DNA of 64,000 bases from Thermodesulfovibrio sp. (GTDB lineage: Bacteria; Nitrospirota; Thermodesulfovibrionia; Thermodesulfovibrionales; Thermodesulfovibrionaceae). Location of the stretch: positions 5,137 through 69,136 of the forward strand of contig JANXBK010000006.1 of NCBI GenBank assembly GCA_025057595.1, read 5' to 3'. Position numbers and translations under genes: made by a program. Positions 31,304-41,131 of the stretch are shown one piece after another. Below the pieces are notes generated by a model. It was not told the origin of the DNA. It ran no database searches and saw only the letters and a program-made list of their open reading frames with translations. Within the stretch, counting starts at the first letter, position 1. Each line of letters opens with the position of its first letter.

Positions 31304-32664
31304 AGGGAAGTATCTTAATAGTTGATGATGAAGTTGGAATATGTGAGACACTTTCAGATATTCTTGAAGATGAAGGATACAAAACACTGACAGTTCAAGA
31401 TGCTGAGACTGCATTGAGTATTATTGAAAAAGAAGAGGTAGATTTAATCCTTCTTGACATATGGCTTCCAAAGATGAGTGGGATGGAAGCATTACAAAAA
31501 ATAAAAGAGAAAGATTCAGATATCTCTATTATTATGATCTCTGGACATGGAAATATAGAAACCGCTGTAAAGGCTGTAAAATTAGGTGCTTTTGATTTTC
31601 TTGAAAAACCTCTCTCAGCAGACAGAGTTGTGCTTACTGTTGAGAAAGCTTTAGAGTTTAAAAAATTAAAAAAAGAAAATATAAAACTTCGTAGTAGTCT
31701 TCAAAAAAAATTTGAGCTTATTGGAAACTCTTCAGCAATAAAAAGAATAAAAAATCAGATACAGCTTGTAGCTAAGGGTGATTCAAGAATTTTAATACTT
31801 GGAGAAAGTGGCACAGGAAAAGAACTTGTAGCAAGAATGATTCATTCATTAAGTAGAAGATCAGAAGCACCCTTTGTTGAGGTCAACTGTGCAGCAATCC
31901 CTCAGGAGTTGATAGAAAGTGAGCTGTTTGGTCATGAAAAAGGAGCCTTTACAGGTGCTATAGAAAAAAAGATAGGTAAATTTGAGATGGCAAATGGAGG
32001 AACTCTATTCTTTGATGAAATAGGAGATATGAGTCTTTTAACACAAGCAAAACTTCTTCGTGTTATTGAAACCCAGAAATTTCAAAGAGTTGGTGGAACT
32101 AGGGATATTACAGTAGATGTAAGAATTTTGTCAGCAACAAACAAAGATTTAGTTGAAGAAATAAAAAAAGGAAACTTTAGAGAAGATCTTTACTACCGCT
32201 TAAGTGTTGTACCAATCTATATTCCTCCTCTGAGAGAAAGAAAAGAAGATATTCCTGAACTTGTCAGTTATTTTGTTGAGGAGTTTCATAGACAGAAGGG
32301 ATGGAAGAAGAAAATTTTTCAACCTGATGCTATTAAAACTCTTCAACAGTATGACTGGCCTGGAAATGTTCGGGAGCTCAAAAATGTAATTGAAAGAGCT
32401 ATGATTATGTGTGAAGATGAGATTATTACAGCAAAAGATATTCAAGAAATTGGAATAACAAGACAATCTCAAAGGGATCTGTCTTATTTTACAATCCAAA
32501 CTTTAAAAGAGGCTAAAGATGCTTTTGAAAGAGATTTTATATTGAAAAAGCTCAGAGAGAATAATTGGAATATGACAAAAACCGCTGAGGCTATTGGAAT
32601 TGAAAGAAGTAATCTTTACAAAAAAATTAAAGCTCTTGGAATAACCCTTCCTGAAGAATACTAG
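31300..32664 (+). CDS. ntrX: NtrX-type sigma54-dependent response regulator
   Basis: LLDIWLP receiver, ISGHG, GESGTGKE, GAFTGA, Fis HTH. Confidence 0.9.
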   Translation: MKGSILIVDDEVGICETLSDILEDEGYKTLTVQDAETALSIIEKEEVDLILLDIWLPKMSGMEALQKIKEKDSDISIIMISGHGNIETAVKAVKLGAFDFLEKPLSADRVVLTVEKALEFKKLKKENIKLRSSLQKKFELIGNSSAIKRIKNQIQLVAKGDSRILILGESGTGKELVARMIHSLSRRSEAPFVEVNCAAIPQELIESELFGHEKGAFTGAIEKKIGKFEMANGGTLFFDEIGDMSLLTQAKLLRVIETQKFQRVGGTRDITVDVRILSATNKDLVEEIKKGNFREDLYYRLSVVPIYIPPLRERKEDIPELVSYFVEEFHRQKGWKKKIFQPDAIKTLQQYDWPGNVRELKNVIERAMIMCEDEIITAKDIQEIGITRQSQRDLSYFTIQTLKEAKDAFERDFILKKLRENNWNMTKTAEAIGIERSNLYKKIKALGITLPEEY

Positions 32665-32672
32665 GAAAAAAT

Positions 32673-34010
32673 ATGTTTACAGTCGTAATAGTTGGTAGAC
32701 CCAATGTAGGAAAATCAACTCTCTTTAACAGACTTATAAAAGGAGACGACAAAATAAAGGCAATTATTGACAAGCTTCCTGGTGTTACAAGAGACATAAA
32801 TTATGGCACTGCTCAATGGGATGAGAAGAGATTTACAGTTATTGATACAGGAGGTTTTTTTTCAGGAAGAAAACCACAGGATATAATATCTCAGCAGATG
32901 ATTGAGCAAATAAAAGAAGCAATAGATGAAGCAGATTTAATAATACATCTACTTGATGGAAAAGAAGGATTAATTCCTGATGATATAGAAACTGCAAAAA
33001 AACTAAGACAAACAGGTAAAGAAATTCTTTGGGTAGTAAATAAAATTGACGATGCCTCTAAACTAAATAGAGTTTATGAGTTTTACTCTTTAACCGACAA
33101 TCTAATCGCAGTCTCAGCACTAACCGGATACGGCTTTGATGATTTATTAGAAAGAATTCTTGAAAAAGTTAAACCCTCTAAAACTTCTCACAAAGAAGAA
33201 TTACCTAAGATAGCAATTGTTGGAAGACCAAATGTAGGAAAATCTACAATAGTCAATGCTTTAGTTGGTAAAAAAAGAATGATAGTGAGTCCCATACCTG
33301 GAACTACCAGAGACGCTATTGATACAGTATGCACTTACTATGGAAAAAAGTATATTTTAATTGATACAGCAGGAATAAAAAGATTGTCTTATTACAAAAA
33401 GGAGATCTCTCAAGAAGTTTATGTGGAAAAGCTTGCATACTTTAAGGCTTTAAGAAGCATTGAAAAATGTGATATAGCAATTCTTGTTATTGACTCAACA
33501 GAAGGAGTTGTTCATCAAGACCAAAGAATCGCAGGTTATATAGAGGAACAAAAAAAAGGATTAATTATTTTATTTAATAAATGGGATTTAGTTCCAAAAG
33601 AAAAAAGAGAGATAATAGCAAAGAATTTAAAAAATGAAATAGAGCGCAAATTATGGTTCGTCTCCTATGCTCCTTACTTAACTGTATCTGCTACCGAAAA
33701 AACAAGGCTTACAAAGATTTTTCCTCTTATTGATCAAATTCTCAAAGAGTATACAACGAGAATACAGACCTCGGAATTAAATAAAATTTTTGTTAAAAAA
33801 TTAAAAGATGTTGTGCTTCCATCAGAGGGAAAAGAGTTAAAATGTTACTATATTACTCAGATAGATATAAAACCTCCAACTTTTGTAGTATTCGTTAATG
33901 ATGAAAAAGTAGTAAAACAACACCATCTTAAATTTATAGAAAATATTATCAGAGAATCCTTCAATTTTAAATGCACTCCTGTTAAGATAAAAATCAAACA
34001 AAGACAATAA
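32673..34010 (+). CDS. der: Ribosome biogenesis GTPase Der/EngA
   Basis: Two GRPNVGKS domains plus KH-like C-terminus. Confidence 0.97.
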   Translation: MFTVVIVGRPNVGKSTLFNRLIKGDDKIKAIIDKLPGVTRDINYGTAQWDEKRFTVIDTGGFFSGRKPQDIISQQMIEQIKEAIDEADLIIHLLDGKEGLIPDDIETAKKLRQTGKEILWVVNKIDDASKLNRVYEFYSLTDNLIAVSALTGYGFDDLLERILEKVKPSKTSHKEELPKIAIVGRPNVGKSTIVNALVGKKRMIVSPIPGTTRDAIDTVCTYYGKKYILIDTAGIKRLSYYKKEISQEVYVEKLAYFKALRSIEKCDIAILVIDSTEGVVHQDQRIAGYIEEQKKGLIILFNKWDLVPKEKREIIAKNLKNEIERKLWFVSYAPYLTVSATEKTRLTKIFPLIDQILKEYTTRIQTSELNKIFVKKLKDVVLPSEGKELKCYYITQIDIKPPTFVVFVNDEKVVKQHHLKFIENIIRESFNFKCTPVKIKIKQRQ

Positions 34011-34034
34011 CTTTTTATGTTAAAATAATAAACC

Positions 34035-35006
34035 ATGCACACAATCTTTGTAACAGGAAGTTGTGGATTTATTGGGTGGGCAACGTCAAAGCTTCTCTTA
34101 CAGAAAGGCTACAGAGTAGTAGGGATTGACAACATGAATAACTACTACGATCCAAAAATCAAGGAATTAAGGTATAAGGATTTATTAAATTTTGAGAACT
34201 TCATCTTTTACAAATCAGATATTGAAGATATCGAATCTCTGAGAAATATCTTTAAAAACTATAAAATAAATGCAATTATAAATCTTGCAGCAAAAGCGGG
34301 AGTCAGAGCTTCTTTGGAAAATCCGTGGGGCTACGTTGATACCAACATTAAAGGAGTGATTAATTTACTTGAGTGTATGAAGGAGTTTGGAGTTAAAACA
34401 GTTGTTCATGCATCCACATCAAGTGTTTATGGAGAAAGACAAAATGTTCCATTTAAAGTAACTGATTCAACTGACAGCCCTCTTGCTCCTTATCCAGCCT
34501 CAAAAAAGGCCTCTGAAGTTTTTTGTTACTGCTATCATTATCTTTACAATTTAAATACAATAATTCCAAGATTTTTCACAGTTTACGGACCTTTAGGAAG
34601 ACCTGATATGAGTATATTTAAATTTATAAAAAAAATTGACTCAGGTGAATCAATTATTGTCTATGGAGATGGCAAGCAAAAAAGAGACTTTACTTTTATA
34701 GATGACATAGCTGATGCAACAGTTAAATGTCTAACTTTAGAAGGATACAAAATCTTAAATTTGGGAAATGACAGACCCGTAGAGCTTATTTATGTAATAA
34801 ATATTATTGAGGATTTACTTAGTAAAAAGGCTAAAATTCATTGGTATCCGCCTCATCCAGCAGATATTTCTATTAGTTGGGCAGATATAACTGAAACAAA
34901 GTATTTAATTGATTGGACACCAAAAGTTACGATTGAAGAGGGACTAAAAAGAACTGTTAATTGGTATATTGAAAACAGAGAGCTTTTAAGAGAAATAAAG
35001 ATTTAG
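34035..35006 (+). CDS. NAD-dependent epimerase (UDP-glucuronate 4-epimerase-like)
   Basis: TGSCGFIG, LAAKAGVR, YPASK, RFFTVYGPLGRPDM. Confidence 0.88.
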   Translation: MHTIFVTGSCGFIGWATSKLLLQKGYRVVGIDNMNNYYDPKIKELRYKDLLNFENFIFYKSDIEDIESLRNIFKNYKINAIINLAAKAGVRASLENPWGYVDTNIKGVINLLECMKEFGVKTVVHASTSSVYGERQNVPFKVTDSTDSPLAPYPASKKASEVFCYCYHYLYNLNTIIPRFFTVYGPLGRPDMSIFKFIKKIDSGESIIVYGDGKQKRDFTFIDDIADATVKCLTLEGYKILNLGNDRPVELIYVINIIEDLLSKKAKIHWYPPHPADISISWADITETKYLIDWTPKVTIEEGLKRTVNWYIENRELLREIKI

Positions 35007-35015
35007 GAGGCAAAG

Positions 35016-35435
35016 ATGCAGAGAATTTTAGTAGCCCATGATGGCTCAAAGGCATCAGACAAAGCTTTAAGAAAAGCACTTGAGATCGCTTTAAGTATGA
35101 ATGCCTCTTTAACTGTTTTAGCAGTAGTACCAGAGCTTTATCTTACTGAGCTTTCAGATGCAGACAGACAAAAAATCACTGAGGTTTTAAAAAGAGAAAC
35201 AGAGGAAAATATTGAAAGAATAAGAAAATCTCTTTCTGGAAAACCTATTGAGATCAAATTTTTGGTCAGGGAGGGGGATCCTGCTGAAAAAATTCTTGAA
35301 ACCGCTCATAAAATGAAAGTTGATCTCATTGTTACAGGCTCCCATGGAAAACATGGAACAAAAAAGTTTTTAATAGGTAGTGTATCTTTAAAGGTAGTTG
35401 AATACTCTAAATGTCCTGTCCTTGTTGTTAAATAA
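35016..35435 (+). CDS. Universal stress protein
   Basis: [12 protein letters not shown]...LIGSVS...CPVLVV. Confidence 0.93.
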   Translation: MQRILVAHDGSKASDKALRKALEIALSMNASLTVLAVVPELYLTELSDADRQKITEVLKRETEENIERIRKSLSGKPIEIKFLVREGDPAEKILETAHKMKVDLIVTGSHGKHGTKKFLIGSVSLKVVEYSKCPVLVVK

Positions 35436-36266
35436 GTGATACCAGAGGCTCAATGGGATAAGGCTTTAGATAAAGCATTAAAAAGTAAAAAAATCATACT
35501 TCTAGGTGAAGTTGACAGTGGAAAATCCACTTTTGCAAAATACTTGATAAAGAATATTGTACCTTCTACTTCTGTTTGTTTCATTGACTCTGATGTCGGA
35601 CAAAGCACAATAGGCATACCTACTACGATAGCTATTAAAGTATTTGATAGACCCTATGATTTTAACAAAGAAGAAGTATTGATAGATTTTGATAAAATCT
35701 ATTTTTTTGGAGCAACTACTCCTACTTTGTCTTTAGATGATTTTATTGAACAGTTCTACAGGGCAGTAAAATTTTCTCAATCTTTAGAGTCTACAGTTTT
35801 AGTGGATACTACAGGACTTGTAGCTGGTGATGTGGGGAAAAATTTAAAGCTATCAAAAATTAAAATTTTTGAGCCTGATCTTGTTATAATATTCGAAAAA
35901 AAAGATGAGATGAGACATATAATTAGTGAAATAAAAAGCGAAATTTTTATATTTAAGCCCTCTTCAAATATCAAACCAAGAAATCTCGCCCTAAGAGCTG
36001 AATATAGAAAGAAGAAATTTTTAAAATATTTCAAAAATTCCGAAAGTTTTATGTTAGAAAAAAGATTACTTAAAACTGAAACTAAGGAAGATATTGAAGG
36101 AAGAATTATAGGATTATACAACAATGAAGAATGCTTAGCAGTAGGTGTTATAGAAGAGTTAGGAAAAGATAGCATTTTATTTTCTGCGCCTATTTCTGAT
36201 TTAAAAAAGATAAATAGAATAAAAGTTGGGTATCTAAATCTTAAAAAGGAAGGAGTCTTGAATTGA
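35436..36266 (+). CDS. Clp1/Grc3-family polynucleotide 5'-kinase
   Basis: GEVDSGKST Walker A, DSDVGQ, DTTG, C-terminal Arg clasp (RAEYR). Confidence 0.82.
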   Translation: MIPEAQWDKALDKALKSKKIILLGEVDSGKSTFAKYLIKNIVPSTSVCFIDSDVGQSTIGIPTTIAIKVFDRPYDFNKEEVLIDFDKIYFFGATTPTLSLDDFIEQFYRAVKFSQSLESTVLVDTTGLVAGDVGKNLKLSKIKIFEPDLVIIFEKKDEMRHIISEIKSEIFIFKPSSNIKPRNLALRAEYRKKKFLKYFKNSESFMLEKRLLKTETKEDIEGRIIGLYNNEECLAVGVIEELGKDSILFSAPISDLKKINRIKVGYLNLKKEGVLN

Positions 36267-37072
36267 CAGAAATAAAAATTGGATTAACAGAAATAAAAAT
36301 TGGATTAATTGGAGGAAGCGGACTAAGTGAAGGCAAAGTAAAAAAAGAAGCCATATCAGTAGAAACTCCATATGGACAACCCTCAGCTGGATATGAGGTA
36401 GAAGAGTATAACTCTTTAAAAGTCTTATTTTTAAAAAGACATGGTCCAGAACATTCAATTCCTCCTCATAAAGTTAACTACAGAGCAAATATTTATGGGT
36501 TTAAGCATCTTGGTGTAGAAAGAGTATTTGGTGTTTTTGCTGTTGGCTCCTTAAATACAAAAATATCTCCTGGTTCAATAGTAATCCCAGACCAAATAAT
36601 AGACTTCACTCAGGGAGTGAGAGAAAGTAGTTTTTATGAAGGACCCAAGGTAGTTCACATAGACTTTACAGAGCCTTTCTGCAGCGAAATGAGAAGAGCA
36701 CTTATCAAAACAGCTAAGAATTTAAATATTGCAATAGTGCCAACTGCTACATATATATGTGTAAATGGGCCAAGACTTGAGACAGCTGCTGAGATAAGGT
36801 TTTTCAGAAAAACTGGTGCGGATATAGTTGGAATGACTCTTATGCCAGAAGCCTCTCTTGCAAGAGAGTTAGAGCTATGCTATGCAGCTGTAGCTGTTGT
36901 TGGAAACTATGCTGCTGGAGTATCTAAAAAACCTCTTACTGTTAGGGAAGTTATTGAGTCAATGAATAAATCCCGAGAGAGCTTAAAAAAACTTTTAAAA
37001 GAGACTTTTAAAATACTACCAAAAGAAAGAAACTGTTACTGTAAAGATGCTCTTAAGAATGCTTCTTTTTAG
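36263..37072 (+). CDS. MTAP-family phosphorylase, probably S-methyl-5'-thioinosine/6-oxopurine specific
   Basis: IGGSG, RHG...PPHKVNYRAN, GPRLET, VGMT; has NYAAG rather than DYD. Confidence 0.85.
   Translation: MTEIKIGLTEIKIGLIGGSGLSEGKVKKEAISVETPYGQPSAGYEVEEYNSLKVLFLKRHGPEHSIPPHKVNYRANIYGFKHLGVERVFGVFAVGSLNTKISPGSIVIPDQIIDFTQGVRESSFYEGPKVVHIDFTEPFCSEMRRALIKTAKNLNIAIVPTATYICVNGPRLETAAEIRFFRKTGADIVGMTLMPEASLARELELCYAAVAVVGNYAAGVSKKPLTVREVIESMNKSRESLKKLLKETFKILPKERNCYCKDALKNASF
36266..36307 (+). repeat. Perfect 21-bp tandem duplication
   Basis: ACAGAAATAAAAATTGGATTA x2, giving TEIKIGL x2. Confidence 0.95.
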
Positions 37073-37538
37073 CTTAGTTATTTTTTTCTTTTCTACTTCA
37101 GCTTTAGCTTCTGAGCAGGCAGATTTGGTTGTGGTAATTAAATCTAAGAGAATATTACTTCTTATGAATGAAGGGAAGATTCTTAAAGTCTACAAAGTGG
37201 CTCTTGGTAAAAATCCTGTAGGACATAAAATAGAGCAGGGAGATGGGAAGACTCCTGAGGGTATATATTATATCGTAGGCAGAAATGCTAACAGTAACTT
37301 TTATAAATCATTAAAAATTTCGTATCCAAATGAAAAAGATTATGAGAAAGCTTTAAAGTTAGGAGTCAATCCTGGAGGAGGAATTATGATACATGGACTT
37401 TCAAAAAAAGTTGAATACTTAGGTAAATATCATATAATTGAAGACTGGACTGAAGGCTGTATTGCCGTTACAAATGAAGAGATAGATGAAATATGGAGTA
37501 TGGTGCCAGATGGCACCCCAATCTATATTCAGCCTTAA
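37047..37538 (+). CDS. YkuD-family L,D-transpeptidase/carboxypeptidase
   Basis: GDGKTPEG, ISYPN, IMIHG, WTEGCIAV. Confidence 0.9.
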   Translation: MLLRMLLFSLVIFFFSTSALASEQADLVVVIKSKRILLLMNEGKILKVYKVALGKNPVGHKIEQGDGKTPEGIYYIVGRNANSNFYKSLKISYPNEKDYEKALKLGVNPGGGIMIHGLSKKVEYLGKYHIIEDWTEGCIAVTNEEIDEIWSMVPDGTPIYIQP

Positions 37539-37539
37539 A

Positions 37540-38022
37540 CTAAAGTTTATAGTTTATTTTTCTTAAAAATTCTCTTCTTTTTTGACGATCCTCCTCTTTT
37601 TCAACTCCTTTTGGAGATGCTCCATCAATTACACCAAGAATTCCTCTGCCTTGCTCAGTTTGAGCTACAACTACCTCAACAGGATTTGCAGTTGCACAAT
37701 AGATGTGACAGACTTCTTGACACATCTTGATTGCATTTAACACACTTATAGGAAAAGCTCCTCTCATAAGAATGCAGAAGACATGACCAGCTCCTATGTT
37801 CTGTAAATTTTTAATACACACTTGTCTTAAATCTTCTTCATTTCCTTCAGAACGGATAAGACAAGGACCTGAAGCCTCTGTGAATGCAACTGCAAACTTT
37901 GCATGAGGTATATGGGTTGCAAGAATCTCATAAAGATCTTCAGCTGTTTTAATAAAATGAGTCTGTCCAAGAATGATATTACATCCTTCAGGAATTTCTA
38001 CTTTTATTGATTTAATCTCCAT
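37540..38022 (-). CDS. DUF355 adenosine-specific kinase family protein
   Basis: GQTHFIKT.EDL, FTEASG, GAGHVF, CATANP; start ATG 38022 after GGAGG. Confidence 0.85.
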   Translation of the reverse strand: MEIKSIKVEIPEGCNIILGQTHFIKTAEDLYEILATHIPHAKFAVAFTEASGPCLIRSEGNEEDLRQVCIKNLQNIGAGHVFCILMRGAFPISVLNAIKMCQEVCHIYCATANPVEVVVAQTEQGRGILGVIDGASPKGVEKEEDRQKRREFLRKINYKL

Positions 38023-38053
38023 AGCTTTACCTCCTAAAAATTTTTTAATTATA

Positions 38054-41000
38054 TCATATTCTTTTTCTGCCTCCAAGCCAATTTTGTAATCTATCCATGT
38101 ATAAATAAAATACAGGAGTTACAAAAAGAGTAAGCATCTGAGAGAAAAGTAGACCACCTAAAACTGCTAACCCTAAAGGCTGACGAACCTCGCCTCCTGC
38201 ACCAAATCCTAAAGCGATCGGTAAAGCTCCAAAAACTGCTGCAGCTGTGGTCATCATTATTGGACGAAACCTAATCAGACAAGCATTGTAAATTGCCTCT
38301 TGAGGAGTTTTACCCTTTCTTTGAGCATCAAGAGCAAAATCAATCATTATAATTCCGTTCTTTTTAACAAGACCTATAAGCATTATTATTCCTACAAAAG
38401 AGTAAACATTAAGCTCCATCCCAAAAATCATTAATGTAACCAGTGCACCAAAACCCGCAAAAGGCAAAGCAGAAAGAATTGTCAGCGGATGTATAAAACT
38501 TTCATAAAGAATACCGAGAACAATATAAACAACAAACACTGCTACAATAAGTAAAAACCAAAGTCCTTGAAAGGATTCCTGAAATGCCTGTGCAGCACCT
38601 TGAAAACTTGTCATTATTGTATCTGGTAAAGTAGCTTTAGCAACTTTTTGTATTTCTGAAAGAGCCTCTCCAAGTGAAACACCAGGTTTTAAATTAAAGG
38701 AAATCGTAACAGAAGGAAGCTGTCCTGTATGATTAATCATTAATGGAGCAAGAGTTTGTGTAGTAGTGGTAAGACTACTTAATGGCACAAGCTCACCTTT
38801 TGATGAACGAACATAAAGCATATTCAGTGCAGAAGGATCTTTTTGATACTCAGGTTTAAGCTCAACTATAACTTGATACTGATTGGTAGGAGCATAAATT
38901 GTTGAAACCCATTTACTTCCAAAAGCTGCCCAGAGAGAGTTTTCTATCTGCTGAGCTGTAACTCCTAAGGACTCTGCTTTATCTCTGTTAATTTCTATAT
39001 TTAATTGGGGAGATTTTATTTGTAAATTGGAGGAAATATCCTGAAGAGTTGGCATCTGCTTCATTTTTGTTTCTAAAATTTGAGCATAGTAAAAAAGTTC
39101 ATTAAGATCTGAACCCGAAAGTGTAATTTGATATAGACTTTTTGTCAAAGTTCCTCCAATTCTTATTGTAGGAGGATTTTGAGGATAAGCCTTAAGTCCA
39201 GGGATAGACATAAGCTTAGGTCTTAACTGTTCAATAATTCTGTCAACATGCTGTCTTTCAGAGCGAGGCTCAAGTGACATAAATATTCTTCCAATATTTG
39301 GAGCAGGAAAACCAGGTGCAGGTCCTACTGAAGTCATGAAAGCTCTTACTGAAGGCTCTTTAAGAACTAAATCTGCTAGTTGAAGTTGATGTTTAACCAT
39401 TTCATCAAAGGAGATATCTTCAGAGCCTTCTGTCATAACAAAGATCTGTCCTTTATCCTCACTGGGAAGAAAGCCTGTAGGAATTTTTATAAAAAGAAAT
39501 ACAGTAAAAATTAAGATAACTGCTGAAGTAGCCATAATAAATTTATGGTTTTTAAGCGACCAGCTTAAACTGACTTTGTAAATATTAATCATAGCCTGAA
39601 AGAATCTCTCCAGCTTTATATAAAGTTTTCCGTGTTTATGTTCTGTTTTAAGAAATCTACTACACATCATTGGAGTAAGAGTAAGAGAGACAATCATAGA
39701 AATCAAAATAGCAACAGATATTGTCACTGCAAACTCTTTAAAAAGTCTTCCAATAATTCCTCCCATAAACAAAATTGGAATAAATACCGCAACCAAAGAC
39801 AGAGTCATTGAAATAATTGTAAATCCTATCTCTTTTGAACCTATAAGTGCTGCTTGAAAAGGCTTTTCTCCTTTTTCAATATGTCTTACAATGTTTTCAA
39901 GCATAACAATGGCATCGTCAACAAGAAAGCCGATTGACAGTGTAAGTGCCATAAGTGAGAGATTATCAAGGCTGTAGTCAAGAAAATACATAACTGCAAA
40001 TGTTCCGATTATAGATATAGGTAAGACTACAGAAGGTATGACTGTAGCAGAAACTCTTCTTAAAAATATAAAAATTACCATTACAACTAAAAAAACTGTA
40101 AAAAGTAATGTAAACTGTACATCCCTTACAGATTCTTTTATTGATTGAGAACGGTCGTAAAGAAGATTTAATGAAACAGAGGCTGGAATCTGCTTACTTA
40201 ATTCAAAAACCTTATTTTTAACTGCCTCTGCAACCTCTACTGTATTAGTACCAGGTTGTCTGTATACTGCTAAAACCATTGCTCTTTGAAGTTTTCCTTG
40301 AGATCCATACCATGCTGCACGTTTGTCATCTTCAACACTGTCAACTGCCTCACCAATATCTTTTATCTTTACTGGTGAACCATTTTTACTGACTACAATA
40401 AGCTCATTATAAGCTTGAGCATTAAAAAGCTGTCCTGTAGCTTCAATTGTAAAAGCTTGATACTCTCCCCAAAGTGTTCCTGTTGGAAGCTCTACATTTC
40501 CCTTTACTATTGCCTGTTCAACTTCATCTATACCTATCCCTCTACTTGCTATTAAGTTTGGATCTATCCTTACTCTTACAGCATATTTTTGAGCTCCGAA
40601 TATTTGAACTTGAGCAACTCCGTTTACCATTGAGATATTTTGAGCTAAGAGATTATCTGCATACTCATGTAGTCTGTAAAGAGGCATTGTGGGAGAAGTT
40701 ATTGCAAAATAGATAATTGGCATATCAGCTGGATTTACTTTTCGATAAGTTGGAGGTGTTGGCATATTTGAAGGAAGTTGACGGCTTGCTCGAGCAATTG
40801 CCATTTGAACATCTTGAGCCGCTGCATCTATATCTCTGTCTAAATCAAACTCCAGTGTTATATGAGTTTGTCCTTTTGCATTAATTGAATTCATAGATTT
40901 TAATCCTGAAATAGTTGAAAACTCTCTTTCAAGTGGTGTTGCAACTGCTGAAGCCATTGTTTCAGGAGATGCGCCAGGTAGTGATGCAGATACAAGTATT

Positions 41001-41131
41001 GTTGGGAAATCAACATTTGGCAGTTCTGCTATTGGAAGATAACGATAGCCTACAAGGCCAAATAAGACAATACTAAGCATTAGCAAAGTTGTCATTACAG
41101 GCCGACGAATGAAAATCTCAGATATATTCAT
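38054..41131 (-). CDS. RND efflux permease, MdtB/MdtC-like
   Basis: FIRRPVMT, LPNVDFPTI, VDDAIV, VKKNGI, RFRPIMMTT. Confidence 0.93.
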   Translation of the reverse strand: MNISEIFIRRPVMTTLLMLSIVLFGLVGYRYLPIAELPNVDFPTILVSASLPGASPETMASAVATPLEREFSTISGLKSMNSINAKGQTHITLEFDLDRDIDAAAQDVQMAIARASRQLPSNMPTPPTYRKVNPADMPIIYFAITSPTMPLYRLHEYADNLLAQNISMVNGVAQVQIFGAQKYAVRVRIDPNLIASRGIGIDEVEQAIVKGNVELPTGTLWGEYQAFTIEATGQLFNAQAYNELIVVSKNGSPVKIKDIGEAVDSVEDDKRAAWYGSQGKLQRAMVLAVYRQPGTNTVEVAEAVKNKVFELSKQIPASVSLNLLYDRSQSIKESVRDVQFTLLFTVFLVVMVIFIFLRRVSATVIPSVVLPISIIGTFAVMYFLDYSLDNLSLMALTLSIGFLVDDAIVMLENIVRHIEKGEKPFQAALIGSKEIGFTIISMTLSLVAVFIPILFMGGIIGRLFKEFAVTISVAILISMIVSLTLTPMMCSRFLKTEHKHGKLYIKLERFFQAMINIYKVSLSWSLKNHKFIMATSAVILIFTVFLFIKIPTGFLPSEDKGQIFVMTEGSEDISFDEMVKHQLQLADLVLKEPSVRAFMTSVGPAPGFPAPNIGRIFMSLEPRSERQHVDRIIEQLRPKLMSIPGLKAYPQNPPTIRIGGTLTKSLYQITLSGSDLNELFYYAQILETKMKQMPTLQDISSNLQIKSPQLNIEINRDKAESLGVTAQQIENSLWAAFGSKWVSTIYAPTNQYQVIVELKPEYQKDPSALNMLYVRSSKGELVPLSSLTTTTQTLAPLMINHTGQLPSVTISFNLKPGVSLGEALSEIQKVAKATLPDTIMTSFQGAAQAFQESFQGLWFLLIVAVFVVYIVLGILYESFIHPLTILSALPFAGFGALVTLMIFGMELNVYSFVGIIMLIGLVKKNGIIMIDFALDAQRKGKTPQEAIYNACLIRFRPIMMTTAAAVFGALPIALGFGAGGEVRQPLGLAVLGGLLFSQMLTLFVTPVFYLYMDRLQNWLGGRKRI

